From positions 736,001-800,000 of the forward strand of contig CAWCAG010000009.1 in NCBI GenBank assembly GCA_963793425.1: DNA of 64,000 bases, given 5' to 3'. This stretch comes from an uncultured cyanobacterium (GTDB lineage: Bacteria > Cyanobacteriota > Cyanobacteriia > Cyanobacteriales > CAWCAG01). The notes under the pieces were generated by a model. The model did not search any database. It was not told the origin of the DNA and saw only the letters and a program-made list of their open reading frames with translations. Numbering within the stretch: the stretch's first letter is position 1; every line of letters begins with the position of its first letter. Shown in pieces: positions 9,579 to 19,939 of the stretch. The translations under genes and the position numbers were made by a program.

Positions 9579-10493
9579 ATGACTACAACACGATTGGAGA
9601 AAAAATCGGATAACCAACTTTGGTTAGCTGCTATTAAGCCACCGATGTATAGTGTAGCGGTTGTACCAATTACTGTGGGGACTGCTGTTGCTTTTGCAGA
9701 AAATAAAATTATTCATGGAGAGATATTTATAACTTTTTTACTCTCAGCAATTTTAATTATTGCTTGGCTCAATATTAGTAATGATGTTTTTGATGCTGAG
9801 ACAGGAATAGATGCAAATAAAGCTGAATCTCTAGTTAATTTAACTGGCAACAAAACCCTACTATTTTGGTTGAGTAATTTATTTTTGGGTTGCGGCATAC
9901 TAGGTATTTTAACTATCGCCTATCTACAACAAGATTGGACTGTTCTAAAACTTATTTTGCTTTGCTGTATCTTAGGTTATAGCTACCAAGGGCCACCCTT
10001 TCGCCTTGGCTATCAAGGACTAGGAGAGTTAATTTGTTTTGTTACTTTCGGTCCCTTAGCTATTTCTGCTGCTTACTATTCTCAAACTCAAAATTTCTCC
10101 CTAGCAAGTATATTTACTTCTGTAATTATTGGTGTTACGACATCAATAATACTCTTTTGTTCCCACTTTCATCAGGTTGAAGATGACTTAGCAGCAGGGA
10201 AACTATCACCCATTGTTCGCTTGGGTACTAAGAATAGTTCTTATTTACTAATTGGGGCGGTAGTTAGTATTTATGTGTTAACTTTTTTATTTGTTGCCAC
10301 AGGTTATTTGAGTTGGTGGACATTGATAGTTTCCCTAAGTCTTCCTCTTGCCTACGAATTAATTGATTATGTTTGTAAGTATCATAATCAGCCTAAAAAA
10401 GTTAAAAGCTGTAAATATATAGCTGTGAAATTGCACTTTTTTAGTGGTGTTTTGTTGACTTTGGGTTTACTTTTATCCACTGTTAATCTGTAG
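9579..10493 (+). CDS. menA: 2-carboxy-1,4-naphthoquinone phytyltransferase (UbiA family)
   Basis: AIKPPMYSVA, NDVFDAETGID, YQGPPFRLGYQGLGE; multiple TM helices. Confidence 0.93.
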   Translation: MTTTRLEKKSDNQLWLAAIKPPMYSVAVVPITVGTAVAFAENKIIHGEIFITFLLSAILIIAWLNISNDVFDAETGIDANKAESLVNLTGNKTLLFWLSNLFLGCGILGILTIAYLQQDWTVLKLILLCCILGYSYQGPPFRLGYQGLGELICFVTFGPLAISAAYYSQTQNFSLASIFTSVIIGVTTSIILFCSHFHQVEDDLAAGKLSPIVRLGTKNSSYLLIGAVVSIYVLTFLFVATGYLSWWTLIVSLSLPLAYELIDYVCKYHNQPKKVKSCKYIAVKLHFFSGVLLTLGLLLSTVNL

Positions 10494-10576
10494 CAATTTT
10501 TCAAAGCTTGTAGTCCTTTGTACTGATTTTTGAATTTTGGGTAAGGACAATAACAAAGGACTAATTGCTTAATTTT

Positions 10577-11470
10577 ATGTTGAGTATCGAAAATGTTAAC
10601 AAAAGCTATGCTCAAAGATTAGTTCTTGATAATTTGTGTTTAAGAATAAAATCAGGGCAAGTTTATGGTTTATTGGGACCAAATGGGGCAGGAAAAACGA
10701 CCACTATCAATCTTCTTGGTAATTTAATTGAGCCTGATAGCGGTATAATTTACATCAACAATCAGCCTGTTTCTGAAGTAACTAAGAACTTAATTGGTAT
10801 TGCGCCTCAAGAGAATTTACTTTATAAAAGTCTTAGTTGTCAGGAAAATCTCAATTTTTATGCCCAGATTTATGGACTACGAGGAAAGAAGCTTTATCAT
10901 CAAGTAGGAGCGAGTCTTGAAGCGGTTAACCTCTTTCCTAGACGCAAGAATCCTGTGGAAAGTTTAAGTGGGGGGATGCAGCGGCGGCTTAATATTGCTG
11001 TCGCTTTGGTACATGAACCTCAGTTGGTAATTCTTGATGAACCTACCACTGGATTAGATATTGAATCCCGTTACGAAGTTTGGGATCTAATTCGTCGCCT
11101 TCAAAGTCAAGGTAAAACTATTTTGTTGACAACTCATCTTTTAGATGAGGCTGAACGTTTGTGTCAGCGTATTGGTATTCTTAATCGGGGAAGTATTACG
11201 GCTGAAGGTAGTTTAGAGGAGTTGCGTCAGCTTGTTGCCGCACAAGAAATAGTTACGATTAAAACCTCTCAAGCAGAAAAGGCGATCGCGAGGGGAAAAG
11301 AATTAGGCTTTAGCCAGCGACGTTATAACGGTGATCTGGCTTTTTGGTTGCCTCAATCACTGGAATTAGCAGAGATTATCAATCAATTTGCCGGGATTCC
11401 TTTAGATTCTATTATTCGTCAACCAGTTGGTTTAGAACATATTTATTTAGAAGTTACTAAAAAGAGATGA
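10577..11470 (+). CDS. ABC transporter ATP-binding protein (ABC-2/drug export type)
   Basis: GPNGAGKTT, LSGGM, LDEPT, TTH. ATG at 10577 preferred over TTG at 10565. Confidence 0.9.
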   Translation: MLSIENVNKSYAQRLVLDNLCLRIKSGQVYGLLGPNGAGKTTTINLLGNLIEPDSGIIYINNQPVSEVTKNLIGIAPQENLLYKSLSCQENLNFYAQIYGLRGKKLYHQVGASLEAVNLFPRRKNPVESLSGGMQRRLNIAVALVHEPQLVILDEPTTGLDIESRYEVWDLIRRLQSQGKTILLTTHLLDEAERLCQRIGILNRGSITAEGSLEELRQLVAAQEIVTIKTSQAEKAIARGKELGFSQRRYNGDLAFWLPQSLELAEIINQFAGIPLDSIIRQPVGLEHIYLEVTKKR

Positions 11471-11472
11471 TT

Positions 11473-12075
11473 TTAATACTTAGCTTGATGAATAACTGGT
11501 TCACATAGAGCCTCTCTAATTGCTTCTAAACTGCTAGAATCTCTTACCATCATAGCATGACTAAAAACCGAAAGTTTGACCTCTTTACCTATTCCTAATT
11601 GTGAACTTTCAGGAGGAATAATAATAAAATCGTAGGGAGTCCATAAAGAGGTGAAATTTAGTTGCTTTAAAATTTCTACATCTCTATTTAATTCTTGCAA
11701 AAAGTTACTTTCTGGCTGCATTTGTTTACAACCTGGTATAGGTAATGAGTAGGCTAAGTAAGTGCCTTTGTGAGGAGCAGAAATAGTTATAAAACGTTCT
11801 ACTTTTTTGACCCCTCCTAACTTTTGTACATAGTAGCGAGTTACTAATCCTCCCATACTTAATCCTACTAGATCGATAGGTTGAGAGGCGGGAAAGACTC
11901 TATCAATATAATCTGCCACTTGTAGGGCTAGTTTATCTAAGCCTACAGTAGCATTACCTGGGGACAAATCGATACGGTGAACCTCCCAGCCTAGAGAGGT
12001 TAAATAGGTATAAATTTTATTAAATATGCTTTTTTTTCTAAAAAAGCCATGGATGAGCAAAACAGGATTTTTCAT
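11473..12075 (-). CDS. Alpha/beta hydrolase (lipase/esterase)
   Basis: PVLLIHG, GLSMGG nucleophile elbow, catalytic His region SHAMM. Confidence 0.88.
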   Translation of the reverse strand: MKNPVLLIHGFFRKKSIFNKIYTYLTSLGWEVHRIDLSPGNATVGLDKLALQVADYIDRVFPASQPIDLVGLSMGGLVTRYYVQKLGGVKKVERFITISAPHKGTYLAYSLPIPGCKQMQPESNFLQELNRDVEILKQLNFTSLWTPYDFIIIPPESSQLGIGKEVKLSVFSHAMMVRDSSSLEAIREALCEPVIHQAKY

Positions 12076-12450
12076 CGGAGTTTAGAACTTTTATAAAGGT
12101 GGAACTAAGCTTTCTTTCTTTATTCCGGTTTTTTGCAGCTAAGCCTAGAGTATCTTATTTATAGCTTTGACTAATTTCGCTGCAAGGGTGCGGATAGGTT
12201 AGCTAGATTTAATAATTTAATCTGTCCCTATATTATTCTACGACTCATTTAGCATTGTTATACGTCTTAATCTTCATTAAGTAATTTATGACATACTTCA
12301 ATAAGGAAAGTAAAAATTAATATTCCTATTTGAGGTAAAATTTTTGGTTTTCTCAATTGCTCAAAAATAGGCTACTTCACAGCATCTGCAAGTTACCACT
12401 TTCTTTTAATTAAAATGGCTTTTTAAGCTATTTTCAAATAATTACCAATG

Positions 12451-12574
12451 ATACCAAATCCGGGTACTTTAGTACCCTTATAAAATCGATCAAATAAAGT
12501 TCTCAAACCCTACTCCCTACTCCCTATTTCTCCCCCTAACAGATAAGTCATGACACTCAACACTGATTTAGTAT
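12451..12574. mobile_element. MITE-like element with imperfect terminal inverted repeats
   Basis: ATACCAAATCCG (12451) and CTGATTTAGTAT (12563-12574) match 10/12 as inverted repeats. Internal palindrome GGGTACTTTAGTACCC and CCCTACT heptamers. Confidence 0.55.
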
Positions 12575-14336
12575 GAATATCGATTTTCGTAATACCAACA
12601 CCCTTTGGTCTTCCATTCTTGTTGAAACCCTGAAACGCTTAGGATTAACCACTGCGGTTATTTGTCCCGGTTCTCGTTCTACTCCTTTAACTATAGCCTT
12701 TGCTCAACATGAGGACATAGAAGCAATTCCTATTTTAGATGAACGTTCTGCTGCTTTTTTTGCTTTGGGTATAGCGAAAAAGTCCGGGTTTCCTGTTGCT
12801 TTGGTTTGTACTTCTGGTACAGCCGGGGCAAACTTTTATCCGGCGGTTATTGAAGCAAAAGAAAGTAGAGTACCTCTGTTAGTTCTTACCGCAGATCGCC
12901 CCCCAGAATTAAGAGATTGTCATTCTGGACAAACCATTAACCAGATCAAATTATATGGCGATTATCCTAACTGGCAAACTGAGTTAGCTTTGCCTGTCGG
13001 AGAAATAGAACTGTTGCGCTATTTGCGACAAACAATAGTCCAAGCTGTTAGACGCTCACTGTTTCCTATAAACGGGCCTGTTCATCTTAATATACCCTTT
13101 CGTGACCCTTTAGCTCCTATTGAAGAGCGGATTAAGAGATTTTATAAAACATCCCTTCATTTCAACTCAGAAGAATTTTTTGCTGCTATTACCCCCTATA
13201 ATCCTAACTTTATACCGCAAACTTCCCAACCTATTTTCCTCATTCCTGAATCGAATCAAGGCATAATTATTGCTGGGGTTGCTCAACCCCTTGAGGCGAA
13301 AGAGTATTGTCAAGCGATCGATTATTTAGCTCAATATTTAGGGTTTCCTGTTTTAGCAGAAGGACTTTCTCCTTTAAGAAATTATGCAGATATCAATCCT
13401 TATTTAATCTCTACCTATGATCTCATTTTACGGAATCAAAAACTTGCTACTCGGTTAACACCAGAATTTATTATCCAATTTGGGCAAATCCCGACTAGTA
13501 AGGTACTTAGAAACTGGTTAACAAATACGAAAGCGAAGCATTTTGTGATTGATCCTAGTGGCGAAAACTTCGATTCTCTCCATGGTAAAACTATTCATTT
13601 AAATTTGCACCCTGAACAATTAATTGATCCTTATTTAAAAGAATATGTCAAAAATGATCGCCCTACTAATATTCCCACACCTTATTTACATCTTTGGTTA
13701 AAAGCTGAAGCTCAAGTTAGAGGAGAAATTAACTGTAAAATGTTAGCAACAGAAGAGCTTTTTGAAGGGAAAATAGCTTGGTTACTTGCTAAAACTCTAC
13801 CAGCACAAACCCCAGTTTTTATTGCTAATAGTATGCCGGTGAGAGATGTAGAATATTTTTGGTTGCCTAATAATCGTCATTTACAACCTTTTTTTAATCG
13901 CGGAGCAAATGGCATTGATGGTACTCTATCCACAGCTTTAGGTGTTGCTCACCATAACAAAAGTAGCATCCTTCTCACAGGTGATCTTGCTCTTTTACAC
14001 GATACCAATGGCTTTTTGCAACACAATAAATTTACTGGTCATTTAACCATTATTTTGATTAATAATAATGGTGGCGGCATTTTTCATATGCTGCCTATCG
14101 CTAATTACGAACCACCTTTCGAGGAGTTCTTTGCTACACCTCAAAACATTAACTTCTCTCAATTATGTCAGACTTATAATATAGAACATCAAATTATTAA
14201 TTCTTGGTCAGAGCTTAAGTCTTTATTAAATCCTTTACCCAAAACCGGGATAAGGGTTTTAGAATTACCAACAAGCAGACACAAGGATTCTGCTTGGCGG
14301 CAGGAGTACTTGAATAGTTTTGCTGATAATCACTGA
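12573..14336 (+). CDS. menD: SEPHCHC synthase
   Basis: ICPGSRSTPL, DERSAAFFALG, CTSGTA, NRGANGIDG, GDLALLHD, NNNGGGIF. Confidence 0.95.
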   Translation: MNIDFRNTNTLWSSILVETLKRLGLTTAVICPGSRSTPLTIAFAQHEDIEAIPILDERSAAFFALGIAKKSGFPVALVCTSGTAGANFYPAVIEAKESRVPLLVLTADRPPELRDCHSGQTINQIKLYGDYPNWQTELALPVGEIELLRYLRQTIVQAVRRSLFPINGPVHLNIPFRDPLAPIEERIKRFYKTSLHFNSEEFFAAITPYNPNFIPQTSQPIFLIPESNQGIIIAGVAQPLEAKEYCQAIDYLAQYLGFPVLAEGLSPLRNYADINPYLISTYDLILRNQKLATRLTPEFIIQFGQIPTSKVLRNWLTNTKAKHFVIDPSGENFDSLHGKTIHLNLHPEQLIDPYLKEYVKNDRPTNIPTPYLHLWLKAEAQVRGEINCKMLATEELFEGKIAWLLAKTLPAQTPVFIANSMPVRDVEYFWLPNNRHLQPFFNRGANGIDGTLSTALGVAHHNKSSILLTGDLALLHDTNGFLQHNKFTGHLTIILINNNGGGIFHMLPIANYEPPFEEFFATPQNINFSQLCQTYNIEHQIINSWSELKSLLNPLPKTGIRVLELPTSRHKDSAWRQEYLNSFADNH

Positions 14337-14379
14337 AGTAATCCGACGGTTTTTGTTACTAACAATTTAGTTGATAATT

Positions 14380-15375
14380 ATGAAAGTTGCTGTTTTTAGC
14401 GCCAAATCCTATGATCGCAATTTCTTAGAGGCTGCTAACTTTTCTAGGAAACACGAGTTAGTTTTTTTTGCTCCTCACTTAACTTTAGAAACTAGTATTT
14501 TAGCCAAAGATTGTGAGGCCGTTTGTGTTTTTGTTAACGATCAATTAAATAAAGATGTTTTAGGGGCGATCGCTAAAGGAGGAACAAAATTAATTGCTCT
14601 TCGTTGTGCTGGCTATAACAATGTTGATTTAACTGCGGCGCAAGAATTAGGTTTGAAGATAGTCAGAGTTCCTGCTTATTCTCCCTATGCTGTAGCTGAA
14701 CATACTATTGGTTTAATTCTGACTCTGAATCGCAAAATTCATCGCGCTTATTTTCGGGTTCGGGAAGATAATTTTTCCTTAGAAGGATTGTTAGGATTTG
14801 ATCTTCATGGTGCTACAGTTGGTATAGTTGGGACAGGAAAAATTGGCGCGATTGTTACTAAAATACTCCAGGGATTTGGTTGCAACTTGCTAGTTTATGA
14901 TGTTCGTAAAAACCCAGATTGTGAAGCTTTAGGAGCTAAGTATGTAGAATTGCCAGAATTATTTGCTCATTCTGATATTGTTACTCTTCATTGCCCTTTA
15001 ATTTCTCAAACTCATCATCTCATTAATGCAGAATCCTTAGCTCAAATGAAGGAAGGAGTGATGTTAATCAACACTAGCCGAGGGGCATTAATTGACACTA
15101 AAGCGGTGATTAATGCTCTTAAATCTGGCAAAGTTGGCTACCTTGGTTTAGATGTATATGAACAAGAAGCTAACTTATTCTTTGAAGATTTTTCTAGCCA
15201 GATTATTCAAGATGATGTTTTTCAACGTTTGCTAACTTTTCCTAATGTATTAATTACTGGGCATCAAGGCTTTTTTACTAAAAATGCCCTACAAAATATC
15301 GCAGAAACAACCATTAATAATATTACTAAAGTGGAATCCGGAAAAACTTGTACTAATGAAGTAAGCCTGAATTAG
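14380..15375 (+). CDS. ldhA: D-lactate/2-hydroxyacid dehydrogenase
   Basis: [45 protein letters not shown]. Confidence 0.88.
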   Translation: MKVAVFSAKSYDRNFLEAANFSRKHELVFFAPHLTLETSILAKDCEAVCVFVNDQLNKDVLGAIAKGGTKLIALRCAGYNNVDLTAAQELGLKIVRVPAYSPYAVAEHTIGLILTLNRKIHRAYFRVREDNFSLEGLLGFDLHGATVGIVGTGKIGAIVTKILQGFGCNLLVYDVRKNPDCEALGAKYVELPELFAHSDIVTLHCPLISQTHHLINAESLAQMKEGVMLINTSRGALIDTKAVINALKSGKVGYLGLDVYEQEANLFFEDFSSQIIQDDVFQRLLTFPNVLITGHQGFFTKNALQNIAETTINNITKVESGKTCTNEVSLN

Positions 15376-15382
15376 TTTTTTC

Positions 15383-16393
15383 TTAAAAAATAAATATTTT
15401 ATCTAAAGTATCTTTCTGCAAACCGATCACCGTAGGTTGGGAAAAACCAGGTAATAGTTGCAAATCAAACAACTCAGTACAACCAGAATCAAACTTAAGA
15501 AAACCAACAGTTTTACCTGTGTAAATATCTATCACCACCACAGCACATTGCAACTCTTTCTCCCTTTCTTGCAGAGGCAAACCACCAAAGACTTTTTTCT
15601 CCCTAACTTGCGACAAACCAACAAAACCATAACGTCCGTAAAAAGCTAAGCCTCTGGTAAATCCCGGTAACTCCGCCACAATAGTACTTTGCCCTGTATA
15701 AAGATCCACCCTTACCAAATGCCCATAACCGGAATCTAACAACCACAAACCACCATCATAAAACCGTGGAGAATGGGGCATGGCGAAACCCCGCGCCACA
15801 ATTTCTCCACTGGGTATATCAATTAAACAACCTCCTCCTACCTTACCTTCTCGCCAGCCCCCAGGAGTATCTGTATCCCCTAAAGCTGTCACTAACCTTG
15901 GTTTCCCCCCTAAAAGTGCCAAACCATTGAGATGACAGCGATCTTCTGCTTTCAAACTACTAATAAACTGCGGTTTCCACTGAGGTACAAAATTAAACTC
16001 TGGACTCAAGGTACACAAACAAGAAAAGCGAGTATTGACAATCCATAATTCCTCCTCAACCCAAGCTATTTCGTGTATACGAATATCTCCCGTCACATGA
16101 CAATGGCGAGGTACAAAACAAGCATCGTATTTTCGCTCTGATTCAACTTGATGGGCAATTCCTGGTACATTAGGTAGAAACCAAACTTGTTTGCGAGTTC
16201 CTATAGCTAGTCGGTGAGGTTGTAAAGCTAATCCCATAACCTTCTGAAAGCTACGTAGCAAAGTAACTAACTGACCAGCTTTTGACCTTACTATCATTAG
16301 CTTTCCAGCTTGGTAAGTGGAAACAAACAAAGCAAGGTTTAACTTTGCCAAAATTTCAGGAAAACTACCAGAGTGAACATAGCTAATCTTCAT
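15383..16393 (-). CDS. TIGR03032-like conserved protein
   Basis: STYQAGKL, TGDIRIHE, VNTRFSCL, EDRCHLNGLA, MPHSPR, LPGFTRGL. Confidence 0.8.
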   Translation of the reverse strand: MKISYVHSGSFPEILAKLNLALFVSTYQAGKLMIVRSKAGQLVTLLRSFQKVMGLALQPHRLAIGTRKQVWFLPNVPGIAHQVESERKYDACFVPRHCHVTGDIRIHEIAWVEEELWIVNTRFSCLCTLSPEFNFVPQWKPQFISSLKAEDRCHLNGLALLGGKPRLVTALGDTDTPGGWREGKVGGGCLIDIPSGEIVARGFAMPHSPRFYDGGLWLLDSGYGHLVRVDLYTGQSTIVAELPGFTRGLAFYGRYGFVGLSQVREKKVFGGLPLQEREKELQCAVVVIDIYTGKTVGFLKFDSGCTELFDLQLLPGFSQPTVIGLQKDTLDKIFIF

Positions 16394-16550
16394 TATTGGT
16401 CATTGGTTAATAATTATTGGTAACTGATAAAACTGTCCCAGGAGGTAGGGGCAAAATTATTTTATTCGTATATGCTTATAAATACGGATATATTATCTCT
16501 AAAAGCAAAAACTATTACTTTTTTTTGATTAATTTAGGAACTAATTAGCC

Positions 16551-16805
16551 ATGCAAGCCGATGAATCCTTGTCTGAATTTGAGCAACCGAAAGATTATAT
16601 TCCTATAGAAGAACACTCTGCTTTGCAGTTTGCTGAAAGGGAAGCAAAAGTCTCTGAAGCTATTCAACCTTCCCAAGAAGGGCGAGTTAAATTTCAAGGT
16701 AGTGAGTGGTCTGCAAAATCCTTAACAAACGTCACTTTACTTCCTGGTAGAATAGTTAAGGTTATTGGCGTTCAAAGTAACACTTTAGTTGTAGGACCGC
16801 AATAG
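16551..16805 (+). CDS. NfeD-like C-terminal OB-fold protein
   Basis: GRVKFQGSEWSA...VKVIGVQSNTLVV pattern. Confidence 0.8.
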   Translation: MQADESLSEFEQPKDYIPIEEHSALQFAEREAKVSEAIQPSQEGRVKFQGSEWSAKSLTNVTLLPGRIVKVIGVQSNTLVVGPQ

Positions 16806-16891
16806 AATAACTCGTACTTAGGGGATTTTAGCTAGCTTTGCTCTATAATTTGTCCATAGCTGCATAAATACTTAATCCCCACCTCCCCAAA

Positions 16892-18336
16892 ATGAGTTTC
16901 TTTGACAAACTGAACAAGGCGATCGCACTTCATCAAACTTTACTGGTTGCGGCACTCGATCCTAACCCAGAAATGATGCCTCAGCCTCAAGCTAGTCGAA
17001 GCGACTCAGATCAACTACTGGGGAACTTAAGAGAATGGCTGCTAGCTATTATCGCTGCCACCTCAAGCCACGTCTGTGCCTACAAACCTACCCTCGGTTT
17101 TTATACAGCTTTAGGCTTAGAAGGATGGGAACTACTCAGGGAAGTTCTCAAGGCTATTCCTGACCATCTGCCAATTATTTTAGATGCGAAACACGGTGAT
17201 CTCAACACCAGCACTATTTTTGCCCGAACTATCTTTCAAGAATGGCAAGTAGATGCTATCACCATTACCCCTTACGCAGGACAAGATAATGCTGCCCCTT
17301 TTTTGTTATACCCTGATAAAGCTGTATTTGTGCTTTGCCATACTTCCAACCCTGGCGCTGTTTCCCTACAAAAATATAGCCCTGACGAGAATCCTTTTTA
17401 CTTGCGAGTAGTAGAAGAAGTAAAAGCTTGGGGAACTCAAGAACAGTTATGCTTAGAAGTTGGTTCCCCTCTGCCCGATGTCTTTGCTAAAATTCGCTCC
17501 CTTGCCCCAGAAAGAATTATTTTAGCACGTAGTATTTGGCCGAAGAAGCGAAGTTAAGTCAAATTTTAAGGGCTGGATTAAATGAAAATGGTGAAGGATT
17601 ATTAATTCCTCTACCTCAAGATTTATTAGCACAAGAAAATCTCGCTGAAGAAGTTGAATCTCTCAAAGCAGAAGTAAATAAAATTAGGCAAGAAGTTGTT
17701 CAAGAAGCTTCTCGTTGCGAACTTTGGATGCCCGATGTTTGTTTATTAAATCAGCATCCATATCAAGATTTAGTCTTGCAGTTATATGATCTCGGTTGTA
17801 TTCTTTTTGGAGATTATGTACAAGCTTCAGGAGAGACTTTTTCCTATTATATAGACCTGCGTAAAATTATTTCTAAACCTCAAATCTTCCAGCAAGTTCT
17901 TAATGCCTACGCAGATATTCTTAAGAACTTAAACTTTGACCGCATCGCTGGCATTCCCTACGGCTCTTTACCCACAGCAACTGGTTTATCTCTACATCTC
18001 AACTACCCAATGATTTTCCCTCGCAAAGAAGTTAAGGTACACGGTACAAGGAGATTAATTGAAGGTAACTTTCAACCAGGAGAAACTATCGTAGTTGTAG
18101 ATGATATTTTAATCAGTGGTAAAAGTGCTATGGAAGGAGCAGATAAACTTAAATCAGGAGGATTAATTGTTAATGATATTGTCGTGTTTCTTGACCATAA
18201 AGCAGGAGTTAAAGAGCGACTCAAACAAAAAGGTTATCATGCCCATTCTGTTTTATCCATTTCTGATATTACCTCAACTCTTTATGAAGCTGGAAAAATT
18301 AGTGAGGAACAGTTTGGCCGTTTTGCTGAGAATTAA
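16892..18336 (+). pseudogene. pyrF: Bifunctional OMP decarboxylase/orotate phosphoribosyltransferase, split by a 1-nt frameshift near 17538 (pseudogene or sequence error)
   Basis: ORF1 (16892-17557) has LDPNPE, YKPTLGF, DAKHGD. ORF2 (17536-18336) continues the decarboxylase barrel and has YYIDLR, PRKE, VVVDDILISG. One extra G (TGG GCC) joins them. Confidence 0.8.
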
Positions 18337-18365
18337 TTAGGTATTAGTTGAATTGCTAAGAATTT

Positions 18366-19259
18366 TTAAAAAGTGTTGTTCGGCTTTTCTAAATAAGCCC
18401 GGATCATCCCTTGAGTACCTTGTTCTTTGCCCTTACCTCCATCTAGTCTCTCAACTATTTTAAATAAACGTTCCGCAATTTCTACCCCTGGTAAACCTTG
18501 CCTAGGGGTAGACTCTTTTACCAGCCGCAAATCTTTGAGCATATGTGCGATCGCAAAACCAGGTTGATAATCTTGCTGGATAATTTTCTCCCCTAAATTA
18601 GCAAGGGCCCAGGAACCAGCAGCCCCAGTACTACAAACTTCTATAATTAAATTAGGGTCAATACCCAATTCCTTTGCCAGTTGCATTGCTTCACACAAAG
18701 CAACCATATGAACAGCACCAAGGACTTGATTGCACATTTTAACAGCTTGACCGCTACCTACTGGTCCACAGAGGCAAATATTTTTACCCATAGCAGCAAA
18801 AAAGGGTTGGCATCGAGCAAAATCTTCTTCTTCTCCCCCTACCATAATCGTCAGACTTCCCTGCTTTGCCCCCACATCTCCCCCAGAAACAGGCGCATCA
18901 AGAAAGGACATTTCCCTTTCCTCTAAAGCTGCACCAATTCTCTTTGCAGCCTCCGTACCAATGGTACTCATATCCACCACTAATGTACCAGAATCAGCAA
19001 ATTCAGCAACTCCTCCCTTGCCCAGAATAACTTCCTCAACATCCGGTACATCTCCCACACAGACAAAGACGATTTTCGCTTCCGCGACTGCCTCTTCCAA
19101 GGCAGCAACCACCTCAACACCATCATCCGTAGCAACGTCAACTCCAGGGCGATTAGGAGTACGATTCCAACCTTTAACCTGATAACCTTCCTTAGCTAAA
19201 TTAGCAGCCATATAGCCGCCCATAACTCCCAATCCTAAAAAGGCAATTTTATCTACCAT
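18366..19259 (-). CDS. NAD(P)-dependent oxidoreductase (beta-hydroxyacid dehydrogenase family)
   Basis: GLGVMG, DAPVSGG, GSGQAVKMCNQ, KDL. Confidence 0.9.
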   Translation of the reverse strand: MVDKIAFLGLGVMGGYMAANLAKEGYQVKGWNRTPNRPGVDVATDDGVEVVAALEEAVAEAKIVFVCVGDVPDVEEVILGKGGVAEFADSGTLVVDMSTIGTEAAKRIGAALEEREMSFLDAPVSGGDVGAKQGSLTIMVGGEEEDFARCQPFFAAMGKNICLCGPVGSGQAVKMCNQVLGAVHMVALCEAMQLAKELGIDPNLIIEVCSTGAAGSWALANLGEKIIQQDYQPGFAIAHMLKDLRLVKESTPRQGLPGVEIAERLFKIVERLDGGKGKEQGTQGMIRAYLEKPNNTF

Positions 19260-19327
19260 TTACCAAATTTGTGCAGAAAAGTTTATTCTCAAACTAAACA
19301 AAGTGATCACTGTTCATTGTTCATTGA

Positions 19328-19894
19328 TTAAAATCTAAGCCCCACACCACCTTGTATAGAAATAGCCGTACCGCCACCGTTGCGATAGGCATCAAAAGCG
19401 ATTACAGCATTGCCAAATACCACTGTATTACTATTGGGAATAACATAATCAACACCGGGTTGCAGGGCAAAGCTCGTTTGATCTCCCACAGGAGAAGGAT
19501 CGCCGCCATTAGCGAAAGAAACCCCTGCTCCTAAATAAGCATCGGTTTGCCAGTTAATAGGAATATCGTAGGAAACTGTTGGTACAACGGCAACCCCTTC
19601 ACCAATTAAAGCTTGGGTGCGTAGGGAAATTGGCACTTCTAGTAGCTTGTAGCGTACAGCTATTACTCCACCAACTTGTCTCCCTTCAGATCCTCCCTCG
19701 CCATCACTAGCTTCCGTTAAACCGAAAGTTGGACCGACACCAACATAACTTCCATAGGCAGCTTGAGCAGTAGCAGGCTTACTATTAAAGCCTAGAATAG
19801 CAGCAACAGTAGCTAGGCTACCCCCTATAAATCCGGTTAATTTAACTAAATCTAGCCATAAATAGTCCACTACCCAATCCTCCTTAAAGAACAA
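19328..19894 (-). CDS. Hypothetical secreted/outer-membrane beta-barrel-like protein (start uncertain)
   Basis: Signal-like N-terminus (PATAQAA), alternating beta strands, C-terminal GVGLRF. Confidence 0.6.
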   Translation of the reverse strand: MFFKEDWVVDYLWLDLVKLTGFIGGSLATVAAILGFNSKPATAQAAYGSYVGVGPTFGLTEASDGEGGSEGRQVGGVIAVRYKLLEVPISLRTQALIGEGVAVVPTVSYDIPINWQTDAYLGAGVSFANGGDPSPVGDQTSFALQPGVDYVIPNSNTVVFGNAVIAFDAYRNGGGTAISIQGGVGLRF

Positions 19895-19939
19895 ACTCTG
19901 AGCGCCATCGCCCTCATCTTAACTTGGAAATATTCTAAT

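Noticed and set aside
17525..17560. Programmed ribosomal frameshift in pyrF-pyrE
   Set aside because: No X_XXY_YYZ slippery heptamer or stimulatory structure was seen; a single missing G explains it more simply.
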